Shown: positions 49,948 to 64,000 of the stretch, in pieces
Layout of the letters: each line of letters begins with the position of its first letter
Position numbering within the stretch: position 1 is the first letter of the stretch
DNA from: Candidatus Krumholzibacteriota bacterium
GTDB taxonomy: Bacteria > Krumholzibacteriota > Krumholzibacteriia > JAJRXK01
Length of the DNA stretch: 64,000 bases
Direction: 5' to 3'
Assembly (NCBI GenBank): GCA_963806035.1
Contig: CAWDWO010000038.1
Coordinates: forward strand, 11,414-75,413
Program-made: the position numbers and the translations under genes
Notes under the pieces: model-generated
The model's database searches: none
Seen by the model: only the letters and a program-made list of their open reading frames with translations
Told to the model about the DNA's origin: nothing

Positions 49948-50913
49948 ATGCGCTGGCGCATCGCCCTCTGTCTTCCTCTCGCGGCTCTGGTCCTGGGCGC
50001 CTGTGGGGAAGCACCTCCACCGCGGCTTTACGGCCTGGAGAAAGTGGATGCTCCCGCTCCGCGCGAATTTCAATTCGAAGGAGCTCTGGAGAACCGGAAG
50101 TCCGAGCCCTACGCGCCCCTGATGCAACTGTCATCCGTCGCCGTGTTGCCGGACGGACGCATGTTCTTGGCCGACATCGGAAGCGGACGCATTCACCGCT
50201 TCGACAAGGATGGCGAGTATCTAGGTGCCGTGGATCGCCCTTCGGTCGGCTTTGCCCCGCTCGACCTCGCCGCTCTGAGCTTCCATCTCTACGCTCTCGA
50301 CCGGAGCGAACAGAAGGTCTATCGCTTCAATCGGGACGGAGTCTTGCGCGACATGGTGCTCGATCTCAATGCACTTGACCTGGATCGGCCGGTGCGGATT
50401 TCCGCATTCGACTTCGACCGTGACGGACGCTTGGCCCTGGCGGACGCAGTGGGACATCGGGTCCTGGTCACCAGCCCCTTTCTGAAGTTCGACTATTCCG
50501 TCGGTGAGTACGGTCAGTTCCTGGGGCAGCTGAACCAACCGGACGGAGTGTGTTTTGGTCCCAGTGGCTTTCTCTACGTCTCCGACAAGGGGAACGCCAG
50601 GGTCGAGGTCTTCGACGAAACCGGTCAGGTGCTGGCGGCGACCCCGGGGCTCGAGGCGGTCCACCCGTTGATGGTCGCGCCGGCCGGTCTCGATACCGAC
50701 CGCTTCGGCAACGTCTACGTCGCGGACGCCGGAATGGGCGTGGTCCACGTTCTGGCACCGGACCTCCATTACCTGAGCTCGGTGGGAGGTGATGAGTTCG
50801 CCCCCGACCACTTGCGTACCCCGGTGGACTGCGCCGTGGGGCCGGACGATCGTCTCTACGTGATAGATGCGGGCCGCAACGCCCTGCTCGTCTATCGAAT
50901 CGTCTTCCCCTGA
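49948..50913 (+). CDS. NHL-repeat beta-propeller lipoprotein
   Basis: Lipobox LVLGAC; NHL repeats (LNQPDGVCFGPSGFLYVSDKGNARV, PAGLDTDRFGNVYVAD). Confidence 0.85.
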   Translation: MRWRIALCLPLAALVLGACGEAPPPRLYGLEKVDAPAPREFQFEGALENRKSEPYAPLMQLSSVAVLPDGRMFLADIGSGRIHRFDKDGEYLGAVDRPSVGFAPLDLAALSFHLYALDRSEQKVYRFNRDGVLRDMVLDLNALDLDRPVRISAFDFDRDGRLALADAVGHRVLVTSPFLKFDYSVGEYGQFLGQLNQPDGVCFGPSGFLYVSDKGNARVEVFDETGQVLAATPGLEAVHPLMVAPAGLDTDRFGNVYVADAGMGVVHVLAPDLHYLSSVGGDEFAPDHLRTPVDCAVGPDDRLYVIDAGRNALLVYRIVFP

Positions 50914-50927
50914 GAGGGGACGGGCCC

Positions 50928-53900
50928 GTGCCCAGACGATCCCTCTTGATCCTCTGCGGATTCTTCGTCCTGGCCTTTCCGAGCCTTGCTTGGAGCGGCT
51001 CTGTGACTCTGCCTCTCTCGCTCTGGTCGACGGCCGCGGGTGATTCCAACGCGCTCCACTGGTTGGACGCGAGTCAGCTGGCGAGCGGTCGCGACAGTTT
51101 CACGGTCGAGCCGGGTCAAGTGCGCTTCGTACTTTCCACGAGTCATCTGGTCGATCCGGTGAGGGCATACTGGAACGGCAAGGCTCTGCGAGCGCTCCAG
51201 GACTTCGAAATCGACCGTGCGCGCGGCGTGGTCGTCCTGCTGCATCCTCGAGCTGAGTCCGGCGTTCTGCGCGTCGAGTATCACTTCGACCCGGTCGCCG
51301 CCCCGCCCCGCGTACAACTTCATCCCATGCTGCGTCAGGCCGAGCTGAAGGAGGAGCCGGAGGCAGAAGGCGCATCGGGGTCCGGGACTGAGGCCGGGGA
51401 GGGGCCCGCCGAAGCGGCCACGGCTTCCAGCACGGGACTCTCGGTCAGCGGATCCAAGACCGTCTCGGTCCAGGGCGGAACCAACCGGGACGCTACCGTC
51501 GATCAGGGTCTGCACCTGGCGGTCAACGGTCAGCTCACCGACAACACTTTCGTGCGCGCCGAGATCTCCGACCAGAACCTCCCGATCACCCCCGAGGGCA
51601 ATACCGAGGAGCTGAAGGACATCGATCAGGTGCGGATCGAAATATACGGGAAGGGAGGAAGGGCGCTTCTGGGTGACTTCGAGATCGATCAACCCCTGGG
51701 AGTCTACGTTCCCTACCAACGCAAGCTCCAGGGTCTGTGGCTGCACGGACGCCAGTCGATCGGCAGCGGAACGCTCATGGGTGGTTCCCCGCGTGGGCGT
51801 AGAGTCGAACTCGAACTGCGCGGCCAGGAGGGCGTGCAGGGCCCTTACGAACTTCTCAACGGATTGCGCGAAACGGAGAGCTATATCATCGCGGGCTCCG
51901 AGCGGGTCTGGTTGGACGGCGCGCGGCAGACGCGCGGGGAGAGCCGCGACTACACCATCGACTACGTGCGGGGCACCATCACCTTCACCGAGCTGCGACC
52001 GATCGGCCCGGAAAACCGCATCGCGGTGGATTTCGAGGTCTCGGCCACCGGTTACAGCCGAACCGTGTTGGGCGCGGCCGTGGACAGTCTCTCCCTCGGC
52101 CCGGCTTCGCTTCACCTCTCCTGGCTCCGCGAAGCGGACGATCCCGACCGTCCCATCGGCGGTCCCTTGAGCGATGAGGACGAACAGGTCCTGCGACAGG
52201 CGGGGGACGATGCGAGCAAAGCCCTGGGCAGTGGGGTCACGCGAGTGGCCGCGGGTGAGGAAGGGACCGGAGACTACTTGAAGCGGACGGAGAGTGGCAC
52301 GGAATACTACGTCTTCGCGCCGGGCGATTCTCTGGCCAATTACTTTCTGAGTTTCCAACGCGTCGAGGCGAACCAGGGCGACTATACCCAGAGCGAGATC
52401 ACCAAGCAGGGCCAACGTGTCTATGAGTATGTGGGTCCCGGCAAGGGCGAGTTCGTACTGGGCAGACAGCTTTCGCTCCCGAGCAAGAGCGAGGCGATCG
52501 TGGTCGGCACCACAGTGGGAGTGCGCGGCAGCGCGAAGGGATTTCTGGCGGCCGAGGCGGACCTGACGCGCCGGGACGAAAACGTACTCAGTCTGCTGGA
52601 CGATGAAAACGACGACGGACTGGCCTGGAGAGTCGAAGGGGCGAGCCCGTGGATCTTCGGTGGCGGTGAGAAATCGGGAGTCAGATTCCGCGGTCTGGCC
52701 GAGGGCATCGCGCCGGAGTTCTACGAGTTTGGCCGCATCCGCAGCCCCTTTTTCTACGATGCGTGGAACCTCCAGGACACTCCTCGCGCGCAGCACGAGG
52801 GGCGCGAGCTGGCCGCGCTGACGGCACGGGCTGCCAATCGCGAGACGGATGCGAGCGTGGAGCGACTCCATCGGCATGGCAGTTTCCAGGGCACGCGAGC
52901 GCAGTGGACCGCGGACGGAGCGCTGATCGGTCCCCTCAAATGGCGGCACGATCTCGCCTTCATGTCGCACCAGGGAGAGAGCGGTTCGACGGGTCATCGA
53001 CGCAACCGCTCAGCCCGGCTCGGGGTGGATCTGGGACGATTCGAACCCTTCGTGCGCTTTCGCGACGAGCGTTTCGACGAGGGACCCCCTCGACAAAAGC
53101 GCGGCTATCAGGACCAGGAATGGGGTGCGGGGATGGAAAGCCGCAACCGCGTCGCCACCGGTCGCGTCGAGTTCCGGCGCCTGCTCGCCGACAGCCTGTC
53201 CAGCGAGGGAAGCAGCTGGCGATTCCAACAGGACCTGAGGGAGTGGAGGGCTGCCGCAGAGGGGCTGGAGGGATCCTTCCGCTGGAACTTGGATGGGACT
53301 TGGCGCGAAAGCGATTTGGACGGAGGACAAAACGAGAGGACGCGCCTGGCTCGTATCGGTCTGGGCTTCCGCCCAACTGGCCGGCCTTTCGGCGCCGACC
53401 TGGATTACCGCGCGGGCAACGATCGATCCCGCGTGATTCAGCGCACCACCATTTTCGTGGGAGAGGGTCAGGGCGACTACGACCAGGAGGGAAATCGTAT
53501 CGGGAGGAATCTCGGCGACTACAACGTGGTCTTCAGTCCCAGCGATAGTCTGATCGCGGCGACCGACGTCGAATTGGCCGCCAAGGTGGACGCGGAATGG
53601 CGCGGCGCCCCCCTGGTCGAGGGGATATCCTTCGAACGGTCTCTACAAGGTGAGTGAGCGTTCGCGCAGCGAGGATGTGGGAGGAGTCCTGCGGCTGAAG
53701 CCCTCGCTGCTGCGCCAGCCCGACACCACGATTTATGGCGAGGAACACGTTCGCGCCGATTTCGTGCTGCTGCGCCGCGTGCGCAACACGGATCTGCGAT
53801 TGACATTCGATCAGACCACCCAGTTGGATCGCCGTTACACTGCTACTCCCGAGTCGAGCGTTCGCCGTGAGCGCAGTTTTCGGATCGATCGCGATCTCAC

Positions 53901-54377
53901 CCGCGGATTCAACTTGCGGCTGGACGGAGGCAATCGCCAGCGCGAGAAGTCGGCGGATCCCAACGCTTCGAGCTTTTTGAATTCCTACCAGGTGGATGAT
54001 CTCTACGCCGGCTTGCTGCTGGGTTACCGCGCCACCGCCCGCACGAGAACCAGTGTGGAGGGACGGGGCACGCGGCGAAACGACGGATTCAGCAAGATCT
54101 CACAGACGGTGCTGGAGTTCGTGCCCAGCGTCACGACAGATTTCCTGCGCGCCCGCTGGACGGTGAATTACCGCTGGGCCGATGTGAGTGAGTCGGGCGG
54201 TGACCCGCTCTTGCGGCCGTTCTTCTTCGAGAGGCCGGGGAGCAACCAGCGTTTGAGTACCGTCGCGCAGTGGACTCTCGGAAAATCGCTCTCTCTCACC
54301 TTTCGCTACCAGCTCCGCGACGAGCCGCAGCGCAAGATCATTCAGGACCTCAGCGTGGAAACGAGGGCGAGGTTCTG

Positions 54378-54378
<1 letters not shown>
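50928..54378 (+). CDS. Large uncharacterised outer-membrane protein (~1150 aa); one frameshift near 53631
   Basis: Signal peptide, SGSKTVSV...LHLAVNGQL...ISDQNLPITPEGNTEELKDIDQVRIEI, GQEGVQGPYEL and DYTIDYVRGTITF. Beta-strand-rich C-terminus ending in RF. Removing one T from ATATCCTTCG joins the two ORFs (GISSNGLYKVSER). Confidence 0.7.
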
Positions 54379-58835
<4,457 letters not shown>

Positions 58836-59356
58836 ATCGCCGAGCACGGCGGGCTGGACGGCTTCGCCCTGTGCGCCGACTACTGCTTCAACACCGGGGC
58901 CGTTCTCTGCCCCGGCCATGTTCGACGAGTTCGTCACGCCCTATCTGGTCCGCCTGGTCGCGGGCTAGCGGGAGCTGGGGTTCTATGTCATCAAGCACAC
59001 CGACGGCAACATCATGCCGATCCTGGATTCGCTGCTGTCGACGCCAGCCCCACGCGCTGCACAGGCTGGACCCGCAGGGCGGCGTGGACATCGCCGAGGT
59101 CAAGCGCCGCTGCGGAGACCAGGTCTGCCTGATCGGCAACGTCAACTGCGGCCTGCTGGACACCGGCACGGACGAGCAGGTCGTCGAATCCGCCCGCTAT
59201 GCCCTCCGCCACGGCATGCCCGGCGGCGGGTACATCTTCTCCACCAGCAACTGCATCTACACCGGCATGGACCTGCGGCGGTATGAGTTAATCCTGGACG
59301 TGTGGCGCAAGCACGGCGTGCGGCAAGCAGGTCCGGGCCTACACGCTACACGCTAA
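58836..59356 (+). pseudogene. C-terminal fragment of a uroporphyrinogen decarboxylase (URO-D/MtaA-CmuA) family protein, several indels
   Basis: Reconstructed across frames: DGFALCADYCFNTG..PAMFDEFVTPYL..VIKHTDGNIMPILD..LDPQGGVDIAEVKRRCGDQVCLIGNVNC..PGGGYIFSTSNCI. Confidence 0.75.
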
Positions 59357-59373
59357 AAGCTATACGCTACACG
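59339..59373. repeat. Heptamer tandem repeat (CTACACG) x5, degenerate
   Basis: CTACACG CTACACG CTAAAAG CTATACG CTACACG, where two convergent genes end. Confidence 0.75.
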
Positions 59374-60733
59374 AGGTGGCTCTCACGCCTTCACCACCGC
59401 GGCCCACGGAGTAGTAGGTGAATCCATGCTCGCGCATCACCTCGGGGCGGTAGAGATTTCGGCCGTCGAAGATGATCGGGCTGGCCATGCGCTGGACCAT
59501 GTCGTCGAAGTCCGGGTGCAGGAATTCGCCCCAGTTGGTGGAGATGATCAGGCCGTGAGCACCGTCGAGGGCGTCCATGGGGTTGTTCACGTCTGCGCAC
59601 GCGGTCGCCGAAAGTCGCCGTGCAGTTTTCCATGGCGACCGGATCGTACGTGACGACCTCGGCATGGCGCTCGAGCAGGCGGCGGATGAGGGTGACCGCG
59701 GGGGCTTCGCGGATGTCGTCGGTGCCCGGCTTGAACGCCACACCCCACATCGCGAATCGCTTACCGTCGAGATGACGTTCGTAATGGGCTTCGATTTTTC
59801 GGAAGAAACGGTCCGCTGCCGCAGGTTCGTTTCGTGTACCGCGTGAGAGCACGCCGGCGTCGATCCCGCCCCGGCGACCCATCGAAATGCAGGCCAGCAC
59901 ATCCTTGGGGAAGCACGAGCCGCCGTAGCCCAGGCCGGGATAGAGGAACTGGTTGCCGATGCGCTGGTCCGAGCACATGCCGCGGCGGACCTCGTCGATG
60001 TCGGCGCCGTAGGCCTCGCACAGGTTGGCGATCTCGTTGATGAAGCTGATCTTCGTCGCGAGCATGGCGTTGGCGGCGTACTTGACCATCTCCGCGCGAG
60101 GGGATGTCCATGACGAAGATGGGGTTGCCCTGGCGGACGAACGGCTCGTACAGGTCGCGCAGGCGGTCGCCCGTGCCCTTGTCCTCGACGCCGATGACCA
60201 CGCGGTCGGGTTGAGTGAAGTCGTTGATCGCGGCGCCTTCCTTGAGGAACTCCGGGTTGGACGCCATGTGGAAGGGCTTGCCGGTCTGTTTGCGCGACTC
60301 GGCCTCGACCAGCGGCGTTGGTGCCGACGGGCACGGTGGACTTGACGACGACGATCTTGGCGCCGCTCGTGCATCGCCGCCGCCCGGGCGCCGCGCTCGA
60401 TCGCCTGGCCGATGTCGCCGGCGGCGGCGAAGACGTGCTGCGAGGTCGGCGTGGCCCGTCTCGTCGGGCGGCGTGCCGACGCAGATGAAGATCGACCTCC
60501 GCCGTGCTGTACGCCTCGCTGCTTGTCGGTGGTGAAGCGCAGCCGCCCGGCCTTGACGTTGCGCGTGATCAGCTCGTCCAGCCCCGGCTCGTAGATCGGC
60601 GAGACGCCCCGGTTCAGCTTGTCGATCTTCGCCTGGTCGATGTCGAGGCAGGTCACTTCGTTGCCCGTGTTGGCGAGGCAGGTGCCGGTCACCAGGCCCC
60701 ACGTATCCCGTTCCCACCATGGTCGAGTCGCAT
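59360..60733 (-). pseudogene. ugd: UDP-glucose 6-dehydrogenase, many frameshifts (probably sequencing errors)
   Basis: Across frames: MVGTGYVG, PIYEPGL, FICVGTP, SNPEFLKEG, AEMVKYAANAMLATKISFINE, GYGGSCFPKD, AFKPGTDDIREAP and IFDGRNLY. Confidence 0.9.
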
Positions 60734-60810
60734 GCACAAATTCCTTCCATTTAGCGGTTGCGCCGGCGGGGACAACGCATTGCCCCCGTCTTGCTGCCGC
60801 ACCGTCTTTC

Positions 60811-60838
60811 TGAACTTTGAACTTTGAACTTTGAACCC
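60811..60838. repeat. Heptamer tandem repeat (TGAACTT) x3 plus TGAACCC
   Basis: Read directly from the sequence; abuts the stop codon of the uxs-like gene. Confidence 0.75.
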
Positions 60839-61821
60839 TACTTGATCACATTGCTCGTCGGCTTGCGATACGCCCCCAAATCCAAGCCCCTGAAATACGC
60901 GATCGTCTTCTCCAATCCCTCCTCCAACGCAACCCGAGGCTCCCACCCAGCTTCGCCTTCGCCAGCGAGATATCCGGCATCGCTGCGTCGGGATCGTCCG
61001 TCGGCAACATCCTTGTATACCAGATTCCGATCGCGATGCCCATCATCCCGATGTCATCTCCGCCAACTGCTTGATCGTGAACTCTCCCGGATTCCCCAGA
61101 TTCACCGGCCCCGCCACGAAATCGTCTGCCCCATTCATCATCCGCTCGATCCCTTGATCAGATCGTCCACGTAACAGAAGCTCCGCGTCTGCGACTCCGT
61201 CGCCATAAATCGTGATCGTCTTCATTCAGCCATCGCCTGCAAGATAAAGTTACGTCACCAAGCCGACCATCATACGGATGCATCCGTGGCCCATACGTAT
61301 TGAAATCCGAACCACCCGCATGCTTCACCCCGTTCTTCGTCATAATCGAAGAACAGCGTCTCCGCGCATCGCTTGCCTTCATCGTAACAGGCTCGGTGAC
61401 CGATCGGATTCACATTCCCCGGTACGCTGCCGGTCTGTGGATGCACCTACGGATCCCCATACACCTCGATCGTCGACGCCTGAAATATCTTCGCCTGCAC
61501 CGCCGCGCCATCCCCAGCAATTGATCGCGCCCATGCACGGAAACTTCGCCGTGTGGATCGGATCGTGCTGGTAATGCACCGGGGAAGCCGGACACGCCAG
61601 GTTGTAAATCTCGTCCACTTCCAGTACATCGGAAGCGTACGTCATGACGGATCAACTCGAAATTCCGCTCGTCCGGCAGATGCTGCCACGTTTGTCTTCT
61701 GGCTCGTGAAAAAATTGTCCAGGCAGATCACATCGTGGCCCTGCACCACCAGCCGCTCGCACAACTGCGATCCCAGAAAACCTGCTCCACCCATGACCCG
61801 TATCCGTTTGAGTGTCGCCAT
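60838..61821 (-). pseudogene. UDP-glucuronate decarboxylase (UXS-type SDR), many frameshifts
   Basis: Across frames: [60 protein letters not shown] and PDISLAK. Confidence 0.88.
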
Positions 61822-61914
61822 CGATTTCGCCTTTTTTTGATCCATCGCTCCGGTTCTTGATCTGCGGCGGGGGCGATTCATTCTCCCGTCCTTCCGCCTT
61901 CCGACCTCTGCCCT

Positions 61915-61965
61915 CTGAATCCTGAACCCTGAACCCTGAACCCTGAACCCTGAACCCTGAACCCT
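61915..61965. repeat. Heptamer tandem repeat (CTGAACC) x7, six perfect units
   Basis: CTGAATC followed by six CTGAACC units; preceded by degenerate TTCCGCC/TTCCGAC/CTCTGCC heptamers. Confidence 0.92.
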
Positions 61966-62280
61966 TTACATCGGCCACATCCTCCATGTTCGTTAGATTC
62001 CCCGCCCTTGGCAAATGCCCGCACTTTCCCCACTAGCCGCGGGTGGCAACCCGCGGACTTTCCCACACCTACACTCCGCATTCCGCACTTGCCCCCCTGT
62101 ACCCCTCCCCGCCCACCGCGATTCCGAGCCGCCGTGTCCCGGCGGTTCTGATATAGCCCCGCAGTTCCGGCCGGGTTTTGCTCTGTCCCATGGCCAGTTG
62201 TTTCTGCACGTCACAACTACATCATTCGGGGACATCTATTTGCCAGTAACCCACCGTCAAGTTCCAACGACCATATACAT

Positions 62281-64000
62281 AAAGATGTTCCACTGACAGG
62301 CATTCTGGCAGAGTTTCGTATCGCCCTCCAAGAGGAGATAGAAGCCGCCCGCCGTAACGAGGTGAGTTCTGCCATGCCGTTGATTAACGGTCGCCGAATC
62401 GCCCAAGTGGGCGGGAACTACCAATACGTCTTTGACGCGGAGAATATTCTCAATCTGCCAGGCGATGCCCCCGGCGACCTCTATGTCCCTGGCTATGCAC
62501 CCCAGGAAGTTTCTGTTAACGCTGTTAACGGCATGACGATCACCTTAAGCGTTCCAAGCGATTTAGGCTCTACCGTCCCTAACGCTCGCCTCCAAAGCAA
62601 TCTCACGCTTCTGATGCGAAAGCTGATCGAGCACATTGAAGGCATGGCCAATAAGGAAAATGTGGTCGGCCAACGAATACTGGGTCAAAGCGAAAGAGGA
62701 GGCATGCCCTCACCAGATGCCGAGGTTCGAGTAGTTAACGATGGCAAAGCGTCGAAGGACTGCCTCAATGATCAACAGCTTGCCGCATTGGCATCGAGTC
62801 TGGGGCGAGACACAACTTTCATCTGGGGACCACCGGGTACGGGCAAGACGCAAACAATTGGCACTATAGGCGTTGAGCTTTTCAAGCGGGGCCGATCCGT
62901 GCTCGTGGTCTCGCATACCAACACCGCGGTTGACCAGGCAATTATGCGAATAGCTGATGCCATAGACCCAAATGATTTGATTAGTGGCCGAGTTATACGT
63001 GTTCGAGAACCTCGAGGCAACAACCCGCTCGCAAACGATAAATACAAGGAAATATTACTCAAGACACATACGGATCGACGTTCAGCGGAACTTATTCAAA
63101 GACGCGAGGAATGCAATCAGGAACGATCGGTGGCAATTGGCGAATCTATCCGACTCTCACGTCTTATAGATATTTACGAATGGAGCGTTGAAGCTCAGCA
63201 TGACATTGCGGAGATGACGGCAGAATTGGATGTGATCCAGGGGATGGAAACGAAACTGGAGCAAGCCCGCGAAGAATTAGCTCTACTTCGTTCGCAATCA
63301 GCCAAATGGGAAACTTTAAAGAGAAAATGTCGCACTGCCAACAAGCACATTGAAGAGGTTGCCTATCTCGATGAACGACTTGGTGTGATATCCCGCTATG
63401 CCGATTCCGAACAGGCGAAATTATCTGTTGCCGATACACAATTAGGCCAAGCCGAAGACGTGCTCGCCCAAACAACCGGCGAAATCGTTTGGTTCGGGTA
63501 TGGCGAGGATTGCCGACGCCAGCGAAACAGCATGCGGTAGTCAGAAAACTGCGAGCAGGACAAGGCGTTATCCAGAACGACTTGGCCATCGCTGAACAAA
63601 CACTCGGTGAACTACAAGAGAAAAAGGCCGGCGTCCTTGCTCTGCTTGACATTTTCCGTACAAAATATTCCGCCGGTCCGGCGGAAATGATACGGCAATC
63701 GCAGCAATATTTCGAGAGACTTTCGGCTCTTCAGAAACACATTGGGGTTTTGCTACGGGAATCGGCAAACCGCCGCAGATACTCTGAACACAATCTGAGT
63801 CGTCGGCTTGCCGTCTTGCTGGAATGGGAACTCGCAGCTGAACGGCCAACAGATGCATCACAAATGCTTCTGGTTATTCGGGAATCATACATCAACGCAA
63901 AGACAGAAATCGCCGACTGCGACATATCAAAGCTGAGGGCGGAACGACTCGAATACAATAATCGAATTCAATCGCTGGATGCGGAACTGCGGAACATTGA
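62281..64000 (+). CDS. Superfamily 1 (Upf1/DNA2-like) helicase with long coiled-coil insertion; frameshift near 63485, runs off the window, true start uncertain
   Basis: LNDQQLAA (Q motif), IWGPPGTGKT and VLVVSHTNTAVD. After the shift an open frame (RLVRVWRGLPTP...LDAELRNI) continues to the window end. Visibly lower GC than the rest. Confidence 0.8.

Noticed and set aside
58836..61821. Real pseudogene cluster or programmed frameshifting; TAG at 58966-58968 as a recoded stop
   Set aside because: Dense, random indels across several unrelated genes with otherwise conserved residues fit low-accuracy sequence better; the TAG is probably a miscalled TAC.
61915..61965. Repeat as a CRISPR array, a telomere or a VQGSGFR coding repeat
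   Set aside because: Simple 7-bp tandem repeat with no spacers and no cas genes. It is internal and short, and the overlapping ORF has no other support.

Overview
Bases 1 to about 58,830 are a gene-dense, GC-rich chromosomal segment from a Gram-negative bacterium. A porU/porV-like pair, FlgD-Ig C-terminal domains and a half-length GlmU suggest a non-Bacteroidota member of the FCB group; this is inference only. Most genes are housekeeping: rho, aceE, etfBA, folK-dNK-panB-panC, tatA, mrfAB-like, surA/ppiD-like, dnaE, accA and ligA. Three features stand out. (1) A compact putative sphingolipid operon encodes serine palmitoyltransferase, a GNAT ceramide synthase, an SDR reductase and an AUR1/IPC-synthase-like phosphotransferase, with a divergent GT4 glycosyltransferase. 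(2) The Rho protein has an Arg/Asn-rich disordered tail in place of its OB-fold RNA-binding domain. (3) A ~17 kb envelope operon resembles type IX secretion (T9SS) loci and holds several uncharacterised outer-membrane proteins. At about 58,835 the sequence switches abruptly, mid-gene, into indel-rich DNA of different character: a URO-D-family fragment, ugd, a UDP-glucuronate decarboxylase, heptamer repeats and a lower-GC SF1 helicase. This tail is most likely a chimeric, low-accuracy contig end. I found no rRNA, tRNA, CRISPR array or transposase. All calls come from recognising motifs by eye; no database search was run.
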